From NCBI GenBank assembly GCA_902384455.1, contig CABMCB010000081.1, positions 1-15,032 of the forward strand: 15,032 nucleotides of DNA, read 5' to 3'. The notes under the pieces were generated by a model that worked only from the letters and a program-made list of their open reading frames with translations, did no database searches and was not told the origin of the DNA. The stretch comes from an uncultured archaeon (GTDB taxonomy: Archaea; Altiarchaeota; Altiarchaeia; IMC4; SCGC-AAA252-I15). Positions 1 through 8,068 of the stretch are shown here, piece after piece. Made by a program: the position numbers and the translations under genes. The number at the start of each line of letters is the position of its first letter. Within the stretch, counting starts at the first letter, position 1.

Positions 1-3000
1 CATGACAAAGAATTTGGGGTCGCGTATTTGGCGTATGACTATGATTTGGGTTTATTTGGCGATACTTCAGGCGTTGCTTCTTGCTTTGATGATTGCCTAC
101 CTCAATGAAGTAATAAGTTGCACCGGATTTTCTGCGTTGGCGATTGTGTACGGGACTTTCATCATGTTCGGGACTGCTCCTTTCATGCTCACCGGTCTTA
201 TGAATACGTTGGGTGGTACGGTCGTCACTGCGGGTAAGACGTCTGGTAATCCTCGTTTGGTCATTATCGGGAACATGATGATGGGCAAGGGGGCGCAGTC
301 TTTCACCGACCAGGCATATCAGAGCGCTCTCATGCGGCAGCGGGCTCAGGGTCCTGAAAGTTTGGCTGCGGCTTATGCTGGAGGCGCCAATCAGCCTCCT
401 GCTCCTCTTTACGGGTCTGGGTCCGGGGAGCCGAGTCTTATGGCAAAAGCTAGGGCGAACACTAGGGCCAACATAAGGGAGCATGGGTTGTTCCGCGGAG
501 CAGTCAAGAGTTTCAGGGAGAATCTTCCTGACGCTGCGTTTGGTTTTCAGGGGGTTGACAAAGATTTGGCGAGTTCTCCCACTGTGACAGATAAGGACGG
601 GAAGAAGAGGGATTCACGGGATTATATGACTGGCGCCCAACAGAGGCGAATGCATTATGAAGCTCATGTTGCTGAGGCTGAGCGGGCTGAGGATCTTGCC
701 CGGCAAAATAGGGATAAAGCTGCGGATATTCGGGCTGGTCGTAGGGCTGGTAATGCTTCGCATTTTGAGCGTCGTGCTGAAAGTCTTGAGGCTGCTGCTA
801 AGAGTTCTCGTAAGAAGGCAAAAGGGCAGGCGTGGCTTAGCGGCGCGAGTCTTTTGCCTGCTGCGATGGCGACTACTATCGGATCTTTCCTTAATCAGGC
901 TTTTATTCAGGCGATACCCGGGCAGAGTGACCCTAGTAAGACGGATGGGTTCCCTAGAATGTTTTGGGGCGGCATAGTGGGTAATATGACGGGTAAGTGG
1001 GTTGACGTCAAGCTTGCGGATGGGAGGACGGTAAAAAAGTATCAGTATGCTGCGGGCCAGTCTGTAGGGGGGTATAAGGGGGTTGGTATTTGGACTGCTA
1101 TTAAGGAGCGTAAGACTGGGATTGCTGTTGCTGCTACAATAATTGCTACTGGCTATGGGCTTCCGGTTTTGGCGCTTGCGGGTGTTGGGCTTTCGGCTTA
1201 CTTTAAGGGCAGTTCGCTTGTGAGTCAGGTGAGGGATATTAAGGCTGGAAAAGACCTTTCGCCTGCTAAGCCGGCGGAACCAACTGGGGACGTGGATTTA
1301 CATAGGAGGTGGGCTAAGGGGCGGTTACGTCAAGTTCAAAAAGCTGATCAAGGCAACTTAACTAATGACGAGTATCGTAATCTCCAAAACCTTAGGTCTC
1401 AGCATAGGAATTCTCGAACTGACCCTGTCAATAATGCTCCTTTGTCTGATGCGGATCGCGCGCACATGGATTATCTTGAGGATGCTCGCGTGCGGACGCG
1501 GAATCCTGACGGCACATTAGGCGCTGTTGACCCTAGCGCTCAAAAGAGGATGGCTGCGGCACAGCATGAGGATTTGGGGGAAAGGCGGGCGGTATTCCAG
1601 TTAGTGGGCGGCGAAGGGCGGGCTACGGGAAAAGCAGTGGACGTGGGGGACGTTAGGGCGCTTTTGAATTCTGACGGCACGGGCTTCAGCCGCCTTAGGG
1701 ATGATGTGCATGAATTGGATGATTTAGAGCGGCAGAAGGCGATGGCTCAAGGGGGGTTGACTGATGATGAGTTTAAGCGGCTGGAGGCGCTTCGCGCCAT
1801 ACCTGCCGCCACAAGGTCGCCTACGGAACAAGCCGAACTTGACAATCTATTGGACAAAGGAAGAGGAAACCTTACTGCCGCAGAAACTGCCGAACTTGCA
1901 TCCTTACAAGCTAGGCACGCTGCATCAGATCCTACACTAACGAAAGAGGATAATGAACGTAGGATTCGACTGGAGCAACATCAAACTAACCAGCTTAGTG
2001 AAGCTGAATTCGAAAGACTTTTGGACCTTAGGGATAAGGATCAAAGGGGTGCTGTCCTGTCTCCCTCAGAGAAAAAAGATTTGCATGAATTAGATGCTAG
2101 GTGGGATTATGGTTTCACTCAAACTCAGAGGGACAGGCTTAACGAGCTTAATGACCGCGTAGCCAAAAAAACCTTAGATGTTGATCGGGTAAAAGCCGCT
2201 GAAGCCTATTTGAAAGAGAATTTTGTGAACTCCGACCCTGCTCACCCAGACGGACCCTCAATAAATTTGGATCCAACACAACTTGCGCACGTCCAGGAGG
2301 CCGTCGACAAAATAGAGGCTCATATGACCGGGCAGTCGTTGGATGATCGGACTGCTGAGGTTGCTGCAGGTACGGCTACGCGTGGAGGCGAAGTAGACAA
2401 GCATGTGAGGAACAATGACCGTACGGCAATACTCGAAAATATGGACGTGCTCCGCAGGGAGGGTCTTGCGGGCTTGAATTACGATCAGATGGATGAAAGA
2501 GACCGGCTTAGGGTAAGCCGCGACTATTTCAGCCTCCTTAGTAAGAGCACTCGGACGACTCTTTCCCGCGAAGAGCAGAGGGAGCTTGACCGGTTGTATG
2601 AGATTACTCCCGAATACCATCAGCTTCACGGTGTGGCCTCAGACATACGTTCTCTTTCGGAGCAAGCCGAGTTTGATTCCGCGGATTATGATGCGACTCC
2701 TTATGAGCGAACCCTCAAGAATATTCGGGATGAGGAGAGGAGGGGGGAGATTAAGGGGATGCGCAGCCAAGCCAAGACGGACGCTGAAAGCGCAGCTTCT
2801 TCAGGAGATAGGCCTGCAATGAGGGAGGCTGTGAGAACCGAGTGGCAGGCCGACTTAGACGAAGCGAATTTGAATAATGCGGCTCCTCATGTTGCGGAAT
2901 ATCAGGCTCGGTTGGCTAACGATACTTTGCTTGACGCCCTAGCTGAAGTTAGGGTTGATCCTACTAATGCAGCCGCTGCGGCAGTAGTAGTGGACGAACT

Positions 3001-3535
3001 CGACCATATCAAGCAGGCTGGCGCTCCGCACGGCGCAGCATATGACCGCCTGTCTCAAATCAAAAATGAGTTCACAGGCAACGCCGCAATACAGGCGGAA
3101 GTGAACGGCAGATTAAACAACAACTTCAACGCCGCAGCAGGCGAAGTCCAAGCGGCAATGGCGGCCGAAGCCGCTCCGCCGGCGCCAGCAACTCCGGCGG
3201 CTACTCCCGGTACTCCGGAGCATGATGCGTGGCTGACGGCTCAGAGTGTGGAAGCAAGCGCAGCTCCTCTTATGCCTCATTTAGCGGCGGACGCAGACTT
3301 GTCCCGCGAGTTGCTTGAGACTTACCGGGGCATGGAAGGCAAAGGCGAGTCTGAAAAAGTAGCGGCTCTTCAGCGCCAAATCCAAACTCACGCCGACAGA
3401 AGAGGCGGCGGCGCAGGAACACCTCTAGTGGGAGCCGAGCAGACGCTACACGACGACCTGGAGCATTCGGGAGCGCCGCTATTAACTTTGCTCGGTCGAA
3501 TAGAACACCAAGAAAGAACCAGAACCGGCCCATGA
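1..3535 (+). CDS. Large membrane-anchored protein, 5'-partial; putative VirB6/TrbL-like membrane domain remnant followed by a >1000 aa mostly helical tail with internal repeats
   Basis: Frame is open from the window edge (ORF 2..3535, 1177 aa). The first ~95 aa contain two hydrophobic helices that align with aa ~265-351 of the downstream ORF, implying the true start lies upstream of the window. There is a further hydrophobic segment at 1118-1204 and L-[ST]-x-x-E repeats at 1352-2600. The stop overlaps the next start (ATGA, 3532-3535). The CDS is secure; the family call is inference. Confidence 0.6.
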   Translation, partial: MTKNLGSRIWRMTMIWVYLAILQALLLALMIAYLNEVISCTGFSALAIVYGTFIMFGTAPFMLTGLMNTLGGTVVTAGKTSGNPRLVIIGNMMMGKGAQSFTDQAYQSALMRQRAQGPESLAAAYAGGANQPPAPLYGSGSGEPSLMAKARANTRANIREHGLFRGAVKSFRENLPDAAFGFQGVDKDLASSPTVTDKDGKKRDSRDYMTGAQQRRMHYEAHVAEAERAEDLARQNRDKAADIRAGRRAGNASHFERRAESLEAAAKSSRKKAKGQAWLSGASLLPAAMATTIGSFLNQAFIQAIPGQSDPSKTDGFPRMFWGGIVGNMTGKWVDVKLADGRTVKKYQYAAGQSVGGYKGVGIWTAIKERKTGIAVAATIIATGYGLPVLALAGVGLSAYFKGSSLVSQVRDIKAGKDLSPAKPAEPTGDVDLHRRWAKGRLRQVQKADQGNLTNDEYRNLQNLRSQHRNSRTDPVNNAPLSDADRAHMDYLEDARVRTRNPDGTLGAVDPSAQKRMAAAQHEDLGERRAVFQLVGGEGRATGKAVDVGDVRALLNSDGTGFSRLRDDVHELDDLERQKAMAQGGLTDDEFKRLEALRAIPAATRSPTEQAELDNLLDKGRGNLTAAETAELASLQARHAASDPTLTKEDNERRIRLEQHQTNQLSEAEFERLLDLRDKDQRGAVLSPSEKKDLHELDARWDYGFTQTQRDRLNELNDRVAKKTLDVDRVKAAEAYLKENFVNSDPAHPDGPSINLDPTQLAHVQEAVDKIEAHMTGQSLDDRTAEVAAGTATRGGEVDKHVRNNDRTAILENMDVLRREGLAGLNYDQMDERDRLRVSRDYFSLLSKSTRTTLSREEQRELDRLYEITPEYHQLHGVASDIRSLSEQAEFDSADYDATPYERTLKNIRDEERRGEIKGMRSQAKTDAESAASSGDRPAMREAVRTEWQADLDEANLNNAAPHVAEYQARLANDTLLDALAEVRVDPTNAAAAAVVVDELDHIKQAGAPHGAAYDRLSQIKNEFTGNAAIQAEVNGRLNNNFNAAAGEVQAAMAAEAAPPAPATPAATPGTPEHDAWLTAQSVEASAAPLMPHLAADADLSRELLETYRGMEGKGESEKVAALQRQIQTHADRRGGGAGTPLVGAEQTLHDDLEHSGAPLLTLLGRIEHQERTRTGP
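1751..2160 (+). repeat. Degenerate protein-level tandem repeat, 7 units of 19-22 aa (consensus L-[ST]-x-x-E-x-x-x-L-x-x-L)
   Basis: Units LTDDEFKRLEAL, RSPTEQAELDNL, LTAAETAELASL, LTKEDNERRIRL, LSEAEFERLLDL, LSPSEKKDLHEL and FTQTQRDRLNEL begin at 1757, 1814, 1871, 1937, 1994, 2057 and 2114 (spacings 57, 57, 66, 57, 63, 57 nt). Confidence 0.75.
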
Positions 3536-6513
3536 ACAATTCAATACGTCGAAAAGGAATAACTGCGGCGAAAATAGCCGTAGCCTTACTCCTAATTGCA
3601 GTACCGGTTTCTGCCACGGACACGGGGTCAAAGATAGCCGAATCTATCATGAACCTCTTATTCATTGGTTTTGCTGTGGCGCTTGATGCGTTAATGAAAC
3701 TTTTCCTATTCCTGCTTACGTTCGCCATCCAATACAACCCGTGCGTATACGTTGAGCCAAGTACCGGCGCGGGAGGATGTGCGTATCCTGCAGGAGGCGC
3801 GCCTACACACTGCATATGCACTTACTCCGCATTAGGCGGCACAGGGTTCACTTACAGCGTGCCGCTGTCTCAAATAGTTTACAGGCTCAACAAGACGTTC
3901 ATCAGCATGTTCTACCCCTTCTACGTGATGGGGATACTGTTCACGTCGATTTACCTGATATTCATGTCCTCTTCGCCTTCCGGGCGCTCCAAAGCCAAAA
4001 CACTTCTGATACAGCTTTTCATGGGGATGGTGCTAGTACCGGCGTCCCCCGCCCTCCTGCAGATGATGCTGAACACGTCATGGACTCTAGGGCAATACGT
4101 CATGAAAGGAGCATACACAGCATTATACAACAACTCCGCGATGGCCCTATGGAACGTGGTGACGTACCTCATAATAATCATACTCGCCATATCCTCCGGC
4201 TGGTTCGTGATAGCAATAGCGTTAATACGATTCATGGTGCTGACGCTGCTTGCGTGCATATGGCCGCTTGCGATGTTCTTCTTCTTCTTCCCGCGTTACC
4301 TGCCTTTAGACATCATCCCTGATCTCCGCGGCATAGGCACCAGCATAATAAAAACGGTCTTCCTCGTCTTGCTTGTGCAGTTCTTCCAAGTAGTGCTGCT
4401 TGCGATAACATTGCACGGGGTGACCGGCGGATTCCTGGGGCTATTCATGGTAATCGGCGGATACTACGCCATGTTCACCATGCCCTACTTGGGAATGAAA
4501 CTAATGGGTTGGCTTGGAAGCGCCCTATACGTATACAGCACCAGAGGAGGTGAGCCAGGAACCAGATTCGTAGGAACCATCATGCAGCAAACCCAAAGAG
4601 GCTCAAACAGAGGGCAAATAACCCCAAACGTCGCAGCCGCAATGCTCGCAACAGGAGGCCAATACCAGATTGGACACGTCATGGGCCAAAGCGCAGGCGG
4701 CGCCGATTCAGGCCCAAAGGAAGCCGCCTTCTGGTACGGTCCTGCCGGAAGCACTGGCGGAGGGTATGGCGTGCCTGGCCTGCCTTTTTCAGCTCCAGTC
4801 GGAACCGGCGGACATGCTTCTGCTCCGGTGAGGTCAAGCTTGTACGGAGGAATGTCCGGCGGCGCATCTGCCGCATCGCACAGTCCTTCATCTGACGACG
4901 ACGAAGGACCATCCGACTCAAGGCCTAGAGGCCCATCCAGAGGGTCTGCGTCAGCAGGAGGATCCTCAGGCGGTTCATCGGGCGGCGACGGAAGCGCGCC
5001 GGTTAGAAGCTCATTTTCAGTCCCGCCGCAAGCAGGCAGGGAAAGCGGCGAAGGTGGCGGTGATGGCGGAGGCTACGTAGGCGGAGGCTTGCGATACACG
5101 TCCCCTGTAAGCACGGCAAGATCACTTTCAGGCGGAGGTGGAGCGCCTCAAGGAAGCGCCACCGCAGGAGGTTCACCCGGCGTAATGCCACCAGCACCGC
5201 AACCCCCGCAAACGCAAACCAACGTAAGAACCAACCAAGCGGAAGCGTCTTCAGGAGTGTCGCGGCCTCATGCGGGAGCTGCTTTTGGGGTTGCTGTTGG
5301 TCCGGTAGGAGGTCATTCATCCAACGCCGGTCTTGATGGTGGACCAGCAGAGGAAAATGAGGTTATTAAGGGTTCTAGATTGCCACAGCAACCTGAAGAA
5401 CCATCAAAGACGACCCAGGAGACGGCAGACAACGTTTCAAAGGGCGAAGGAAGCGGCGAATTCCATGATTTGAGGACTGACGCGGAAACTAATCCGACAA
5501 TTATGGCTTCTTCGCCTAGAGGCGCAAGGGATTCAGCAGACTCTGAACGCCCCTCCGGCGGATCTGTAACATCTACTCCCGGCAAAAGAGGCGCTTCTAC
5601 ATCTGCGGCCTCAGGGACGTCAGGAGACGAAACAACCGGTGCTGGTGTAAGAGCTGCCGCCGGAAAAGTTGCCGCCGGCGGAGTTGCCGCAGGAGCCGCC
5701 CCTAAGACGGCAGGAACCCTGAGAGAAGACGCCGCTAAAGCGCCGCAAGGGCCCAAGCAAAGCTCACCTGCAGCAGGGGCGGGTGCTGGGAAAGCGTCAG
5801 AAACCAAAGCGCCTGAAAAGTTCAAGCGGCCTGTAAAGGACGCCGGCACGGAAGGTTTAGGCGGCAAAGGCGGCAGAGCAAGGTATTCTCAAACCCGCCA
5901 AGAAATGGTTTCTCCAGAAGAAGACCCCACCGTAAGGCGCCTAAACGAGCCTTATATCGCGGCCGCAGCCAATAAGCAGGCTGAACTTAGGGACGCTGTT
6001 TCAGGTTTGAATTCAGTGGCTTCAGGATTAGGGTTTGTTGGTTTGACGACTACGGCCGGAATTCTTGACGAGGCCGGTCAGATGGGGAACGCCAATGACA
6101 TGTTGGAGTTCATTCAAGGGAAGACTGCGGAGATTGCTTCCGCAAACGCGAGTCAGCTTGCTGCTATGGGCGTACTTAAGCCGCCGGAGCGGCTGCCTAA
6201 AGACGCCTCCGACAAGGAGCGGAAAGACTACAACAAAAAGGAGATGCAGCGGCTTAGAGACTGGGAGGCCGGTGAACGGAAGCGCCTAAAGAGGTGGGAG
6301 GCGAAGAAGAAGGAGGAATTAGACAAGTGGAACGCGGAGCAGCAAAGGGCCCTGAGGGAAGGGGACATAACCCCTGAAGAATCCAGCGTCCAACGTAGCG
6401 CCCGCATAAGAGAGGAGGCTAAAACAAGCCTTGATGTGAACCGCGTCTTCGAAGAATCATTGACTAAAGCGTCAGCTGAGTTCGAGAAGGAACTCAACAC
6501 TCCGTCAGAATAA
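3532..6513 (+). CDS. Multi-pass membrane protein, putative VirB6/TrbL/CedA-like N-terminal domain with a long low-complexity tail and a charged helical C-terminus
   Basis: 993 aa. Signal-peptide-like N-terminus (RRK, hydrophobic stretch, VSA|T). About 7-8 hydrophobic helices in aa ~35-335, with the loop SSSPSGRSKAKTLLIQLFMGMVLV and the segment IRFMVLTLLACIWPLAMFFFF, which resembles the R-x(n)-P-L helix of VirB6/TrbL proteins. Gly/Ser/Pro/Ala-rich region at ~4680-5900, then a Lys/Glu/Arg-rich helix. The CDS is secure; the family call is inference. Confidence 0.6.
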   Translation: MNNSIRRKGITAAKIAVALLLIAVPVSATDTGSKIAESIMNLLFIGFAVALDALMKLFLFLLTFAIQYNPCVYVEPSTGAGGCAYPAGGAPTHCICTYSALGGTGFTYSVPLSQIVYRLNKTFISMFYPFYVMGILFTSIYLIFMSSSPSGRSKAKTLLIQLFMGMVLVPASPALLQMMLNTSWTLGQYVMKGAYTALYNNSAMALWNVVTYLIIIILAISSGWFVIAIALIRFMVLTLLACIWPLAMFFFFFPRYLPLDIIPDLRGIGTSIIKTVFLVLLVQFFQVVLLAITLHGVTGGFLGLFMVIGGYYAMFTMPYLGMKLMGWLGSALYVYSTRGGEPGTRFVGTIMQQTQRGSNRGQITPNVAAAMLATGGQYQIGHVMGQSAGGADSGPKEAAFWYGPAGSTGGGYGVPGLPFSAPVGTGGHASAPVRSSLYGGMSGGASAASHSPSSDDDEGPSDSRPRGPSRGSASAGGSSGGSSGGDGSAPVRSSFSVPPQAGRESGEGGGDGGGYVGGGLRYTSPVSTARSLSGGGGAPQGSATAGGSPGVMPPAPQPPQTQTNVRTNQAEASSGVSRPHAGAAFGVAVGPVGGHSSNAGLDGGPAEENEVIKGSRLPQQPEEPSKTTQETADNVSKGEGSGEFHDLRTDAETNPTIMASSPRGARDSADSERPSGGSVTSTPGKRGASTSAASGTSGDETTGAGVRAAAGKVAAGGVAAGAAPKTAGTLREDAAKAPQGPKQSSPAAGAGAGKASETKAPEKFKRPVKDAGTEGLGGKGGRARYSQTRQEMVSPEEDPTVRRLNEPYIAAAANKQAELRDAVSGLNSVASGLGFVGLTTTAGILDEAGQMGNANDMLEFIQGKTAEIASANASQLAAMGVLKPPERLPKDASDKERKDYNKKEMQRLRDWEAGERKRLKRWEAKKKEELDKWNAEQQRALREGDITPEESSVQRSARIREEAKTSLDVNRVFEESLTKASAEFEKELNTPSE
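5653..5697 (+). repeat. Imperfect 15-nt tandem repeat x3 (AAAGK/VAAGG/VAAGA) inside the low-complexity tail
   Basis: gctgccgccggaaaa / gttgccgccggcgga / gttgccgcaggagcc, read directly from the sequence. Confidence 0.7.
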
Positions 6514-6521
6514 AAGGCGCC

Positions 6522-8027
6522 TCAGTTCAGCTTCTTAAGTATTGCGCCTCCTATGGACACCGGCTGAATCTGCTCGGCAAGCTGAGCCGCCTCAGTCAAC
6601 TTGCTCTCGTTTACCGCATAAATAGTGAACAACTTCTGCCCCGTATCAACCGTATCGCCGACTCCAGCGTGCAAATAGACTCCTGCAGCCTGGTCTTTGG
6701 GCGCGCCTGCGGTGCGAGCCACCTTAGCTATGCGCTTGTTGTCTATCGACTTGATTCTTCCTTTAGTGGAGGCGAGTATGTCGTGGGTTTTATCGCCCAC
6801 CTTGATGTCTGCGGCGGTAATATTGGGGTTGCCGCCCTGAGCCTCAATAATCTCCATCATCTTCCTCTTCGCCTTGCCCGAAGAAAGAATGCTTTCAGCA
6901 AGAGCGCGCCCCTCACCTTTGCGGGACTTGCCGGCCAACTCCAAAAGAACGCCGGCCATATCCAAACTCTTGCTCACCAGGTCAATCGGACCCCTGCCAT
7001 CAAGCACCTCCAAAACGTCACGCGCCTCAAGCGCCGGCCCAATGCCGTTGCCTACAGGAGCGCTTCCGTCAGTAATAATCGCCTCAACCTTAATGTTCAG
7101 ACGTCTGCCTAACTCAATGAATTTGCCGGCGAGCGCCTGGGCTTCGGTCATGTCCTCTATTTTGGCTCCAACTCCGACTGGGATGTCTATGACTACGTAG
7201 TCGCTTCCAACGCTTTTTTTCTTGGCCATGACGCTTGCGAGCACTTGGCCTTCAGGGTCAAGTGAAAGCGGGTATTCTATCCTGATTATTTTGTCGTCTG
7301 CGGGGGCGAGGTTGACTGACCCTCCCCATATGATGCACCCTCCGACTTTCTTCACTATCTCCTTAAGCTGGGTGATATTGATTTCTACCGGACACAAGAC
7401 TTCCATGGTGTCCGCGGTGCCTGCGGGCGAAGTTATTGCGCGGCTGCTTGTTTTTGGTATGGTCAATCCTGCGGCGGCTATAATGGGCGTAACAATCATC
7501 GTGGTGCGGTTTCCTGCTACTCCTCCGATGCAGTGCTTGTCAACGACGTTGTCGCCGAAGTCAATCTGCTGCCCGCTCTCAACCATCGCGTTAGTCAAAG
7601 CAACAGTCTCATCCATGGTGTAACCGTTGATGAACGCGGAAGAAACAAACGCCGCCAACTCTATGTCGCTCAAGTTGTTGTCGACTATATCCTGGATTAT
7701 GGACCGTATCTGATGACCGTGCAATTCCTCCCCCTTAAGCTTCTTCTTTATGTAATCTATGCTAACGGGGCGGCCTGCAGCCTTAATATCTATTTTTTCG
7801 CCTTCTTTGACTCCGAGCGACTGCCTCAGGTCTTGGAATACTCCTACTTCGCCTTCTTTGACTACTCCTGTCGTGGCGTCGACTATTGCGGCGGCTTTGT
7901 TGCCGTTGGTGGACAAAGTCACGCGGTCTGAAAGATGAATCCCCAGCTCCTTCATGTCAGCGGAATTCATTATGATAATCGGTTTCCCGGTCTCAATCTC
8001 GTACAAACGAACCTTCGCCTTAATCAT
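6522..8027 (-). CDS. deoA: AMP phosphorylase (archaeal thymidine phosphorylase family)
   Basis: 501 aa with the ~85 aa N-terminal extension typical of AMP phosphorylases. Motifs DKHCIGGVAGN, KTSSRAITSPAGTADTME, LAPADDKII, SVMAKKKSVG, IDIPVG, GIGPALEA and AGAPKDQAAG. Confidence 0.95.
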   Translation of the reverse strand: MIKAKVRLYEIETGKPIIIMNSADMKELGIHLSDRVTLSTNGNKAAAIVDATTGVVKEGEVGVFQDLRQSLGVKEGEKIDIKAAGRPVSIDYIKKKLKGEELHGHQIRSIIQDIVDNNLSDIELAAFVSSAFINGYTMDETVALTNAMVESGQQIDFGDNVVDKHCIGGVAGNRTTMIVTPIIAAAGLTIPKTSSRAITSPAGTADTMEVLCPVEINITQLKEIVKKVGGCIIWGGSVNLAPADDKIIRIEYPLSLDPEGQVLASVMAKKKSVGSDYVVIDIPVGVGAKIEDMTEAQALAGKFIELGRRLNIKVEAIITDGSAPVGNGIGPALEARDVLEVLDGRGPIDLVSKSLDMAGVLLELAGKSRKGEGRALAESILSSGKAKRKMMEIIEAQGGNPNITAADIKVGDKTHDILASTKGRIKSIDNKRIAKVARTAGAPKDQAAGVYLHAGVGDTVDTGQKLFTIYAVNESKLTEAAQLAEQIQPVSIGGAILKKLN

Positions 8028-8034
8028 TATATTG

Positions 8035-8068
8035 CACCTAAACAGATTTGGCCAAGGAAGATAAAAAA
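8035..8068 (-). promoter_or_regulatory. Putative TATA-like box (TTTTTTATC, 8068-8060) and Shine-Dalgarno (AGGTG, 8039-8035) of the AMP phosphorylase gene
   Basis: The minus strand reads gcTTTTTTATCttccttggccaaatctgtttAGGTGcaatataATG. The SD ends 7 nt before the ATG. Confidence 0.5.

Noticed and set aside
4606-4660. Internal NRGQITPNVAAAMLATGG in ORF2, resembling a class III signal peptide (RGQ)
   Set aside because: It is internal, the following segment is short and weakly hydrophobic, and there is no sign of a separate start.
6522-8027. Bacterial thymidine or pyrimidine-nucleoside phosphorylase call
   Set aside because: The length (~500 aa), the N-terminal extension and the DKHCIGG and KTSSRAITS motifs fit AMP phosphorylase, not DKHSTGG-type enzymes.
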